From NCBI GenBank assembly GCA_965215885.1, contig CBDCEW010000065.1:1-18822 (forward strand): a stretch of DNA of 18,822 bases, in the 5' to 3' direction. Numbering within the stretch: the stretch's first letter is position 1; every line of letters begins with the position of its first letter. The DNA comes from Candidatus Moanibacter sp. (GTDB lineage: Bacteria; Verrucomicrobiota; Verrucomicrobiia; Opitutales; UBA2987). The notes below the pieces were generated by a model. It ran no database searches, was not told the DNA's origin, and saw nothing but the letters and a program-made list of their open reading frames with translations. This document shows positions 8,123 to 15,953 of this stretch, piece by piece. A program made the translations under genes and the position numbers.

Positions 8123-8198
8123 CGCTCAGCGGGACTACGACGAAGTTTCCCTAACGGGCAACAGAGGCTCCCTCCCAAACTTAATCGTAAGCTTCGTC
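8123..8198. repeat. Right arm of the palindromic repeat interrupted by the second IS
   Basis: Reverse complement matches 6441-6517 (CCCGTYAGGGAAMCTTCGTCGT and CGACGAAGCTTACGATTAAGTTTGG). Confidence 0.75.
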
Positions 8199-8394
8199 GA
8201 GGGATCGACCGGGAGGTGATTATAATCGCTATAAGGGACAGACTATTTATACGACTAACGCCAGCGCGACAAATGTAATCTACATGACAAAGTCCAGGTT
8301 GAAAAATTAATAGTCGTAGTGCTATGTATCATTGGGCTCTGGGCAGGAATCCCGGCCGTCCGCCGTGACTCGTCGGTCTTCTTCCCGACGCGCC

Positions 8395-8566
8395 AGTCCG
8401 GGCAGACCCAATCTCCGGGGCAGAGAAGTCAGTGTACGCCCGAATTAGCGGCACCGGCGGCGGGCCGACCCTGATGATGAACGGCCACTTGGACACCATC
8501 CCGAACCAGAATAACCAGCCGGTCTATCGTGACGGGGATTTACTCTATGGCCGGGGTAGGTCCGAC
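8395..8566 (+). pseudogene. Internal fragment of an M20 (ArgE/DapE-like) metallopeptidase gene
   Basis: 'SPGRPNL' then, after a frame change, 'YARISGTGGGPTLMMNGHLDTIP...RDGDLLYGRG.SD', the first metal-binding region of M20 peptidases; no start and no continuation. Confidence 0.8.
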
Positions 8567-8704
8567 TGTGAAGCTTTGGATTTCAGTAGGACATCCACGG
8601 TCCACACTCAAAACCAGGATTATTTGTTTTGGGCCTACCGATAGGGCAAGTTCGAATCCGAGATCACAGTGTGGTTATCGATGGTTGAGACTTGCGTTCG
8701 AAGG

Positions 8705-8920
8705 TCATGAGGCCTCAGTGATCACTGCCGGTAGAGTTGAGAGCTCAAGCTTGTCGAGATTAGTGTACCGGCTCGCGTTCTCAATTTCGATACCGACGGG
8801 CTTACCTTCATTGTCGATGTCGATTGTCACGTCTTCAGACGCATGAACGGTATCTGCCCCAGGGTGCACCTGGAGTACGATGTATAGGGTATCTGTTTCG
8901 TTATAGTATTCAACTTTCAT
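8705..8920 (-). CDS. DUF2283-domain protein (putative antitoxin)
   Basis: 'MKVEYYNETDTLYI...VTIDIDNEGKPVGIEIENAS' is the DUF2283 pattern; ATGA overlap with the upstream gene. Confidence 0.88.
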   Translation of the reverse strand: MKVEYYNETDTLYIVLQVHPGADTVHASEDVTIDIDNEGKPVGIEIENASRYTNLDKLELSTLPAVITEAS

Positions 8921-9162
8921 TTCTGCTCTTTCGGTTTAAAGTTGCGATCAAAAAATGCATTGTGGAGTGTTTCACGGTCTTCAAGGGTTATGACTCTCAG
9001 ATATTTATCGCGCTTTTCAATGTAAATCCAGTGCCGAATGCGACCGTTGTCTTGCGTCTCGGTTTCGATCGCAGTGCTGACGGCAAGTTCGCACTATTCT
9101 TCTTTGATGTAAGGTCGTTGCCTTAAGACTCGATTTTTGAAGTATCTCGTTTTCTTCATCAT
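8917..9162 (-). pseudogene. Small RelE/DUF4258-like putative toxin with an internal TAG
   Basis: Manual translation MMKKTRYFKNRVLRQRPYIKEE*CELAVSTAIETETQDNGRIRHWIYIEKRDKYLRVITLEDRETLHNAFFDRNFKPKEQK*; TAG at 9094-9096 (codon 23); absent from the ORF track. Confidence 0.8.
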
Positions 9163-9266
9163 TCATTTATAATGAATCATGTAGAATTCGACAGCATTCA
9201 TTTTCTTTCGGATTAAGATATCCTGATTGAATCCACATGGCAGGCGAAGGGGACAGGATTTTTATT

Positions 9267-9405
9267 TGATTCAGCTGGAAAACCCCACGTTCTTGCGAAC
9301 GCAGCTACTGTGCACCGTAAGTCGTTGATATTTGTAGCCGACCGGCCGAGCGGGACAAGAACGTGGTCGCGAATTCCTAGAGGCCGACTTTTTTTAGCTG
9401 AATCA
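9267..9405. repeat. GTAG REP doublet with 25-bp spacer and outer inverted repeats
   Basis: Reverse REP 9285-9308, spacer 9309-9333, GTAG 9334-9337 with a variant arm; outer arms TGATTCAGCT 9267-9276 and AGCTGAATCA 9396-9405. Confidence 0.75.
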
Positions 9406-9415
9406 GATTCGAACC

Positions 9416-9612
9416 ATGACCCTGCAACAACACGTTCTCGATGCAATCGATGGCAGCTGGATTGCTGACGAAGCCGAGCGTTTGGTCCGTGTTCCGAGTG
9501 TTACTCTGGAGGAAGAGGAAATCTGCCGGCTCTACGTGCGACAGCCCATGCCGACGTCGAGAACGTGTCGATTCAACGCATGGAAAGGGAGAATATGGAG
9601 GAAAGGAAGTGA
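9416..9612 (+). pseudogene. M20 peptidase remnant: N-terminus joined to C-terminus, middle deleted
   Basis: MTLQQHVLDAIDGSWIADEAERLVRVPSVTLEEEEICRLY (9416-9535; 'LVRVPSV..EE' is the M20 N-terminal pattern), then in another frame TAHADVENVSIQRME (from 9541; C-terminal 'AH...E.V' metal-ligand pattern). Confidence 0.7.
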
Positions 9613-9921
9613 TAATTGGTAAGACTGCGGTCAGAGAGATCACGCTTGGCAGGACAACGGTTTGCGTCGATGGGGAGAGCAAGCAATCCCGGCACGACCG
9701 GAAAAGAAGAGCAACGGAGAGAAGGCAGAGATAATTCTCAGGCCAAGATCACGGCAAGCCGGGACAGAGAAGGGAAAGGAATAGCTCAATTTGGTGACAT
9801 CAGCATCATCGAAATGCTCCTCCCGGCGCGCCGGGACTTGAGTGGTTGAGATTCTGGGAGATTCGAGATTGTCCAGGATACTGATTTTACCCGTTTGTCT
9901 CAAAAACCGTCTCGTTCGATT

Positions 9922-11385
9922 TCATTCATCCAGCCACTTCACAACCATCTCCTCGTCGTCCTGGTTGTAGCCCGTGAAGCAGTTGTCCATGATCTTCCAA
10001 TAATCTGTGGATGGATGATCCATGAGTGAGTAGCGATCGTCGACATGCAGACCTCGCATGGCCTGGCGTCGCCATTGCCGGAATTCTTCCTTGTTGTATG
10101 CCAGCCAGTTTCGATGGGTCTGTTCGTAATCGACGATGGAACGCAATTCGGTGTCCAATTGGCTGGCGAGTTCGGGCCTTTCCGCGCACAAATCGTTGAG
10201 TTCCTGAGGATCGTTTTCCATATCGAATAACTGGGAGGGATAGCCCACAAATGCCACGTCCTTCCACCGGTCTTTGCGCAACATATAGCCGGAGGTGTTG
10301 AGAGTGACACCGGTGAAACAGGCATAGGCCCAGTTGCGACTTTCACTGGTTTTGCCCGTGGCTAACGGCAAGAGCGATTCACCGTCGAGGTTCTTCCGGG
10401 GCGGTAGTCCGGCCATCTCCATGAAGGTCGGACAGATGTCGATCAGTGAAACCAGATTGGGCAGGCGCAGTCCGCGTGCAACCCCTGGTCCCGAGATCAC
10501 GAGTGGCACGCGGACAGATCCCTCGTAGAAAGACACCTTGTACCACTCCTGGTGTTCCAATGCCATCTCGCCGTGGTCGCTCGCGAATATGAAATAGGTA
10601 TTCTCCGCCAGACCCAGCTCTTGCATAGCGTCGTAGACCGCACCGACAAGCGCGTCCGCTTCGGCACACATTGCAAAGTAAATCCTACGCACCTGCCGGA
10701 CCGTGGCGTCGTCGAACCCGTAGCGCCATGCCTTCGTCATACGCTGATACAGTCTCGCGGGATGGTCGGTGTCGTCCATTGGGGGAATATCCACAGCCTC
10801 CTCCGGAATCCGGTTAAGCCAGTGCCTGTTCGTCCGGAATGCGGCGTGGACGAGCCCCGGGCTGACACAGAGGAAAAACGGTTCGTCCTTATGTTGCCTG
10901 AGGAACTCCACTGCGCCGTCAGCGTGTTGCCAATCGCGTTCGTGGCAGCGTATGGCGTCGCTCTCTTCCACACTGAAACATTGCGACGTATCTTTGTCGT
11001 GGATCGGTTTGTTAATTCCCGAAGTTCCCAACCACGCCCCGAGTCGGGCGAGTTGAGAATGCCCCCCTGACAAATAGTCAAGTTTCCCGAAATTCCCGAA
11101 CGCATGGGTTTTGGGGAGTTCGCTGAGTAGAGACCACATGCCCGGTTCCAGGCCTTTGTAGTTGTTCCAACTCTCACAGTGGTGAGTATATCGCCCGGAC
11201 CACATGTTGGCTCGGGACGGACAACATATGGGGTGAGAACAGTAGGCATTCTCAAAGAGGGCGCCCGACCCAGCGATACGGTCGATGTTCGGGGTAGCGT
11301 TGCGGAGGGCGGGATGTCCCAAAACACCGAGCATTCGGCCATCCCAGCTCTCGGCATGGAAGAGTACTATATTGGGGCGCGTCAT
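9922..11385 (-). CDS. Formylglycine-dependent (S1) sulfatase, arylsulfatase K-like
   Basis: Starts MTRPNIVLFHAESWDGR (ATG 11385, ATGA overlap with the upstream gene); CxPxR motif 'ICCPSRANMWSG', 'GKLDY', 'SDHGE', 'YEGSVRVPL', 'QLFDMENDPQELND'. Confidence 0.93.
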   Translation of the reverse strand: MTRPNIVLFHAESWDGRMLGVLGHPALRNATPNIDRIAGSGALFENAYCSHPICCPSRANMWSGRYTHHCESWNNYKGLEPGMWSLLSELPKTHAFGNFGKLDYLSGGHSQLARLGAWLGTSGINKPIHDKDTSQCFSVEESDAIRCHERDWQHADGAVEFLRQHKDEPFFLCVSPGLVHAAFRTNRHWLNRIPEEAVDIPPMDDTDHPARLYQRMTKAWRYGFDDATVRQVRRIYFAMCAEADALVGAVYDAMQELGLAENTYFIFASDHGEMALEHQEWYKVSFYEGSVRVPLVISGPGVARGLRLPNLVSLIDICPTFMEMAGLPPRKNLDGESLLPLATGKTSESRNWAYACFTGVTLNTSGYMLRKDRWKDVAFVGYPSQLFDMENDPQELNDLCAERPELASQLDTELRSIVDYEQTHRNWLAYNKEEFRQWRRQAMRGLHVDDRYSLMDHPSTDYWKIMDNCFTGYNQDDEEMVVKWLDE

Positions 11386-14072
11386 GATTTCTCTTTGAAG
11401 GAGTGCGGTTCGGTGCTCAGCTGGCCGAGACTGGTGCCGGGTCCGGCATCGGGTCGAACTACGGGTTCGCGGTCTGGCATCTCCCGGCGCTTCCCCCACC
11501 ATGCCTCGGCTGCGGCGGCGAATCCGTCGGGGTCTTTATCGGCGGCGTCCGCGACGATTCGCAGCAGTCTGGGGATAAATCCGCTGTACCACTCCTCTTC
11601 GAATCCGATCCTCTCTCCTTTTCTCACGCTCTCGGCGAGCTCATGAAAATGCTCGGTGACGAGGCGATTCGCGTAGGCGGCGTAGCAGACATCGCCGGTC
11701 AGGTCATAGGCGAAGCAGACCGTCGTGCACTGGTAATTGAACATATCCTTTGGACTCTCCCAGACCCAGTAGTCGGCCTCCGCAATGAGGAAGTCCGTGA
11801 GCGATTTAGAAGGATAGAGCCGCGAGGCGGGTTCGTAGAGGTGGTACTTATTTCCCCAGGCCACTTCCGGGAGGGTGGGCGCCTGAACCACCGCTTCATC
11901 GCCGCGTTCGCCCCTGGTGAATACGCTGTTGGGTAACCTTCCCGGTTCGAGGGACGTGCGCAGCAACCAGTTGAGAGAACGCTCCGCGACTTCGCCATAC
12001 CTCCGTTCCCATGTTGCCTGATAGACATCGGTGAGTATGGAGAGCGGTCCGGTGAACTCCCGATGCAAGACTCCGTGCCGGCAGGAAAGGATCCCGGCCG
12101 GTTCCTGGATCTCCTCGATACGGTCCGCAGCCTCCCGAGCGACATCGAGTTGGCGCCGATTCCCGGTCAAATAGTAATCCGTCAGGATGCCACTGACAAT
12201 TGAATGCGAAGGGCTGAGTCCCCCGCTCCATGGGTGGACGTTGTGGTAATGAACGAGCCCGACGCGTTCGGGATGACCGGGGTAGGCGTGCACGAAGCCT
12301 ACGTCCGCTACGCACCGCGAGTAGTTCTGGGCGATGATTCCGTGCGCCTGTTTGCCGGTTCGAAGAAAATGGCCCCACACCGCCATAATCTGGTCGACCG
12401 CTTCGTTGTTGTAGGGCCCGACGTAACGCAGGGCCTTTTCCGGCTCGCTGTCCTTGTAGAGCAGGTAGACGTGTCCGACGGCCGAGGAGTGGGAGCAGAC
12501 CATGTTCCCGTAGCGCATCATCCCGTAGAGCCGACAGAGCTCGACCGGCTCCTCGACTACTCTCTCGTATATATTCTCCAGATCATCATCCACCTGCGAA
12601 AACCGTGGATCACCAGAGTGGAAAAAGTGTCCGAGAGCGCGTGTTTCCGAAATATGTGCCGGGTCGGCAATTCCCACCAGCGGCTTCTGAACCGCCTGTG
12701 CAAGGGCGTCGGCGTCGGCGTCGTCAATTGCTGCCTCGCTAAGCCGAAGGTAGATCTCTGTCGTTTTTGCCGCGCCCATCCCGTTCATGGTGCCGGTATC
12801 GTTATAGCCTTTCGTTCGCCCTTGGGCATATTTCTCGAGCACCTCTTCGACCCAGGCCGCATCCTCCCTACTTCGGATATTGAAACTTTTCAGGTTCAAC
12901 GGCGCTGTTGGGTTCTCCGCGAGGATGCGTTGCACTTCCGCCTCGTCCCGCGTTGGTGTGCCGTCCGCTCCTGCAAAACGCAAAGCCGGCTCCTCAAAAG
13001 GCGTTGTGAACGTAAGATTGCTACCGTAGGACCGCGGCCAGATCTCTACATCGATACCATCCTGGTCGAGGGTAAAACCCTTCGGGTACTCCTGCCAGGC
13101 GTTCTTCACCACGACGGCAGCGCCGCCGCGATCTCCGCTCAAGCTCGCCCAGCCGGCAGACCTCCCACCGGAGCCGGAAGGTTCCCCATCCCGGGAAACG
13201 GTGTAGGTTCGGTCATCGGATTGCAGCAATGCCATCTCCTCCCAGTTCGACGCGAAATGGGCCCCATGCTCTCCGCCGACGGCTGCTCGGAGGGCGCCGC
13301 CGAGGTCGAGGGGGAACCGCATTGCGACACTCGAAAGTTCCAAATCGTGGGGTTCCTGGTCAAAAACAAAAGTGTGTTGGATCCTCAGGTCGCTCTTCCC
13401 CGCGAACAGATGCACTCGCAACGTGTAAGGGCACATCCGGCAGCCGTCCGGCGCAGCGTGGTAGCCGTCGACTCGGAGACACGCGCGCAGCGGGCCCGAT
13501 TCTTCCACAGCTACGGTAGGCGCCGGCCCCGCCATGCAGGAGTCGTAGAGAATACCAGAATGATCCTCCATTGTCAGGAACGGGCCGGGGTTGCCACGAA
13601 ACAGGTCGCGGCGACCGTTTGCGGTCGTTACCTCACAGCTGTGAAACACGTCGCGGTCGCGCGGTGATTTCCACGCGTCGAACACGCGGCGCATCCGCAA
13701 TATCATGACGCCCGTATCGACCTTGAGAAAGTCTTCGTCTTCTTCCACTTGCACAGGATGCTTCGGTGCGGAAGGGGGACCATCGGACGGATATCTCAGA
13801 AAACACCTCTTCTCGCCCCCGTCAGGCAGATTGGCCTGCATATCGAGGAGCAACCACTTGACGAATTGATCGTCAGCACTCCAGGTGGTCATGCACCGAG
13901 TCTGAACGGGGATCTTCACTCCGTTGGTATGGACCAGCTCTATGGGTGTTCCTTTTTCCAAATCTCCGTCCCGAAAGGGAACTCCAAAAGTGACGGGATG
14001 GGATACGTAGGTTGTCCCTTCGAGACCGGAGACTCTAACTGAGACTCTCTTTTTTTGATCAGGTTTATTCAT
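11382..14072 (-). CDS. PcRGLX/YetA-like (PL26 exo-rhamnogalacturonan lyase-like) multidomain protein
   Basis: 896 aa; N-terminal 'PVTFGVPF..G' and 'W..D..VKWLLLD', central 'EESGPLRA', 'WQEYPKGF', 'IWP', 'GAAKTTE'; C-terminal helical barrel with 'YGMMRYG', 'NNE', 'DYYLTGN'. Confidence 0.7.
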   Translation of the reverse strand: MNKPDQKKRVSVRVSGLEGTTYVSHPVTFGVPFRDGDLEKGTPIELVHTNGVKIPVQTRCMTTWSADDQFVKWLLLDMQANLPDGGEKRCFLRYPSDGPPSAPKHPVQVEEDEDFLKVDTGVMILRMRRVFDAWKSPRDRDVFHSCEVTTANGRRDLFRGNPGPFLTMEDHSGILYDSCMAGPAPTVAVEESGPLRACLRVDGYHAAPDGCRMCPYTLRVHLFAGKSDLRIQHTFVFDQEPHDLELSSVAMRFPLDLGGALRAAVGGEHGAHFASNWEEMALLQSDDRTYTVSRDGEPSGSGGRSAGWASLSGDRGGAAVVVKNAWQEYPKGFTLDQDGIDVEIWPRSYGSNLTFTTPFEEPALRFAGADGTPTRDEAEVQRILAENPTAPLNLKSFNIRSREDAAWVEEVLEKYAQGRTKGYNDTGTMNGMGAAKTTEIYLRLSEAAIDDADADALAQAVQKPLVGIADPAHISETRALGHFFHSGDPRFSQVDDDLENIYERVVEEPVELCRLYGMMRYGNMVCSHSSAVGHVYLLYKDSEPEKALRYVGPYNNEAVDQIMAVWGHFLRTGKQAHGIIAQNYSRCVADVGFVHAYPGHPERVGLVHYHNVHPWSGGLSPSHSIVSGILTDYYLTGNRRQLDVAREAADRIEEIQEPAGILSCRHGVLHREFTGPLSILTDVYQATWERRYGEVAERSLNWLLRTSLEPGRLPNSVFTRGERGDEAVVQAPTLPEVAWGNKYHLYEPASRLYPSKSLTDFLIAEADYWVWESPKDMFNYQCTTVCFAYDLTGDVCYAAYANRLVTEHFHELAESVRKGERIGFEEEWYSGFIPRLLRIVADAADKDPDGFAAAAEAWWGKRREMPDREPVVRPDAGPGTSLGQLSTEPHSFKEKS

Positions 14073-14095
14073 GGCGTGATATGTTAGGAATCTTG

Positions 14096-14151
14096 AGTCC
14101 GCTTATTTCGCAGAATAAGCGGACTACCCGAAAATCTGTGAGATTTTCGGG
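14096..14151 (-). repeat. Two adjacent intergenic hairpins, one a GTAG-tagged REP
   Basis: AGTCCGCTTATT 14096-14107 pairs with AATAAGCGGACT 14114-14125 (minus strand begins GTAG at 14127); CCCGAAAATCT-GTG-AGATTTTCGGG 14127-14151 lies just after the stop of the upstream gene. Confidence 0.7.
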
Positions 14152-15348
14152 TTAGCGATCGAGCAAGAGTCTGGCCATGTAAGCGGGAATACCGTTATTG
14201 TGTTTTCCGTTCCAGGTGTCGCCGCGGTACCAACCCGCCTGTTCGTCCCAATTTTCCAAGAAGGTGAGGAACGTCGCGGCTGTTTTTTCCTCGACGTCAC
14301 GTGCCCGGTAGTCGCACCCCCGCTCTCGAATGACTAATAGGACCATCATGGGATCAAAGACGGAGCAACCTACACCCGTGAAGCCTTTTACGGGATCAGC
14401 GTCTGACAATACGAAATCAACAATCTGATCCTGGTAGTGGATGGACCAGTTCAGTTGTTCGTAAGTGACCAACACTTTAAAGATCCCGTTAACAATGCGG
14501 TGGTGCGGAGCCTCTTCTCCACCCCAGGCGCCTGTACGGGGATTTTGATGCTGGTCGAGCCAGTGATGCGCGAAGTCGACCACTTCGTCGTCCGGATCCA
14601 TACCTTGCGATTTCAGAATTTCGCGGTGATTCATGATGACCCGCCCCGTCCAGCTTCCGGCCCCCCAAGGGTTCTTTCGCCAGTGCTCCTTTTCCCTTTC
14701 TTGATATTGTAGAAATGCCTCCTTACTCCTCAGGTGGTCTTCGTCGGTCATCTGCCCGGCGTCGATCTGGTAATCCTTAAGCCCGGGCGGCCAAACACCC
14801 GTCTCGCGGAGGCGGTTCAAAGCGTTGGTGTAGCCGCTCGAAATATAACGCTCCATGGAGACGATCGAGCCGTGCGGCGCCTCATCGCCGACCGGCCCTT
14901 GTAAGAGTTTTGTCTCCGGATCGATGTGCCGATTGATATCGTCAGTCCAGGCTTTGAGAATCTCCTCATCCGAGCCCCAGGGTTCGGGCAGCCCGAAAGC
15001 CCGAAGTTCTCCATAAGTGGCCAAACCCATAACGGCCGTAGACCAGAGCGAGTAATTCGGGCTGTCAGGGCTGTGCTTGAAGAGCCAGGCGCCCTCCCGG
15101 AAGCGCGTCGATTCGTAGAAGCCCCAGGCCCGCTCCAACCTTTCCATGATTTCCGAGAAGATGTCTTTAAGTCCTTTCCGACTGCATTGCGGGCAGTTGG
15201 CTGGGTCGCCTTTAAGAATCGCGACGATGTTTCGGCAAGACGGGCAAAAGCAGTAGACCCGCTCGCCGGGCCATTGCTCGGCGGGGACTTGGAGAATGTC
15301 GAAAAGTTTACCTCCAGCGCGGATGGCTTCAATTGTAGTAGACGGCAT
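14152..15348 (-). CDS. Hypothetical protein with N-terminal Zn ribbon and predicted (alpha/alpha)-barrel body
   Basis: ATG 15348 with SD GAAAGGA; CPSC-x12-CPQC; 'WLDQHQNPRTGAWG' resembles prenyltransferase/squalene-cyclase-type repeats. Confidence 0.65.
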   Translation of the reverse strand: MPSTTIEAIRAGGKLFDILQVPAEQWPGERVYCFCPSCRNIVAILKGDPANCPQCSRKGLKDIFSEIMERLERAWGFYESTRFREGAWLFKHSPDSPNYSLWSTAVMGLATYGELRAFGLPEPWGSDEEILKAWTDDINRHIDPETKLLQGPVGDEAPHGSIVSMERYISSGYTNALNRLRETGVWPPGLKDYQIDAGQMTDEDHLRSKEAFLQYQEREKEHWRKNPWGAGSWTGRVIMNHREILKSQGMDPDDEVVDFAHHWLDQHQNPRTGAWGGEEAPHHRIVNGIFKVLVTYEQLNWSIHYQDQIVDFVLSDADPVKGFTGVGCSVFDPMMVLLVIRERGCDYRARDVEEKTAATFLTFLENWDEQAGWYRGDTWNGKHNNGIPAYMARLLLDR

Positions 15349-15358
15349 GAGTTTCCTT

Positions 15359-15748
15359 TCAATTTTGCAGTTTTTCAGTTCGCAGACGGCGCGATCCGGC
15401 GAGAGCGCCCCCCGCAAGGAGGAGACTCAAAAGGATGATAAGCGTATCTACAAGGTGTATCTTCAGGCTGAAAACGAAAATGCGGGTGAGCAGAAGGGGC
15501 GGCAAGATAAGAAGTTCCAGGGCGGTGATAAAAAGGAACCGGCCGGCGAGAATTCTGCCTTTTTTGGAATCGAAATAGTAACGGAAGGAGAGGATGAGCC
15601 CGGTCAGCCAGCCCATGCAGAAGAGAATGAGGAACAGTCCGCCCGATAGAGTTTTCAGGACACTCACAACGCCCGGTTCATCCATTCGACTCGAACCGAG
15701 CAATTGATTACACGAGACCAGCAACTCGAGCAGGATCAGCAGGCTCAA
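15359..15748 (-). CDS. Small hypothetical membrane protein (3-4 hydrophobic segments); start uncertain
   Basis: Long Leu/Ile/Phe-rich stretches separated by short charged loops; co-oriented and 10 bp from the next gene; TTG start without a clear SD. Confidence 0.45.
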   Translation of the reverse strand: MSLLILLELLVSCNQLLGSSRMDEPGVVSVLKTLSGGLFLILFCMGWLTGLILSFRYYFDSKKGRILAGRFLFITALELLILPPLLLTRIFVFSLKIHLVDTLIILLSLLLAGGALAGSRRLRTEKLQN

Positions 15749-15953
15749 CGCGTTGGTAAGGGTCCCTGCTAGGGCCGCGTAAATTTTGCTGGGAGGATGG
15801 AGAATTTTCGATTCTAGGATTTGGTCTTTGGGTTGAAGAGAGAGGCCGCGAAACGGCGTTTAGCGAGGCGCTTCAATCGGCCTTGGTGTTAATTCCTGAC
15901 AGGGCTCACGTTTTTTGCCCGTCTCAAGGGAACTTCACTACAGAGATTACTGC

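Noticed and set aside
9094..9096. TAG recoding (pyrrolysine or alternative code) at the internal stops here and at 6724-6726
   Set aside because: TAG terminates intact genes in this window (2654-2656, 18163-18165), and both cases are single-base changes from plausible sense codons.
9616..9903. Short ORFs on both strands downstream of the sulfatase
   Set aside because: Low-complexity purine-rich sequence with no recognisable motif; neither a gene nor an RNA could be supported.
11386..11502. N-terminal extension of the sulfatase in the ORF track
   Set aside because: Overlaps the upstream gene; the ATG at 11385 gives the standard 'RPNIV' start and an ATGA overlap.
12204..13667. 487-aa plus-strand ORF
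   Set aside because: Antisense shadow of the 896-aa gene; no recognisable motifs, typical of GC-rich coding DNA.
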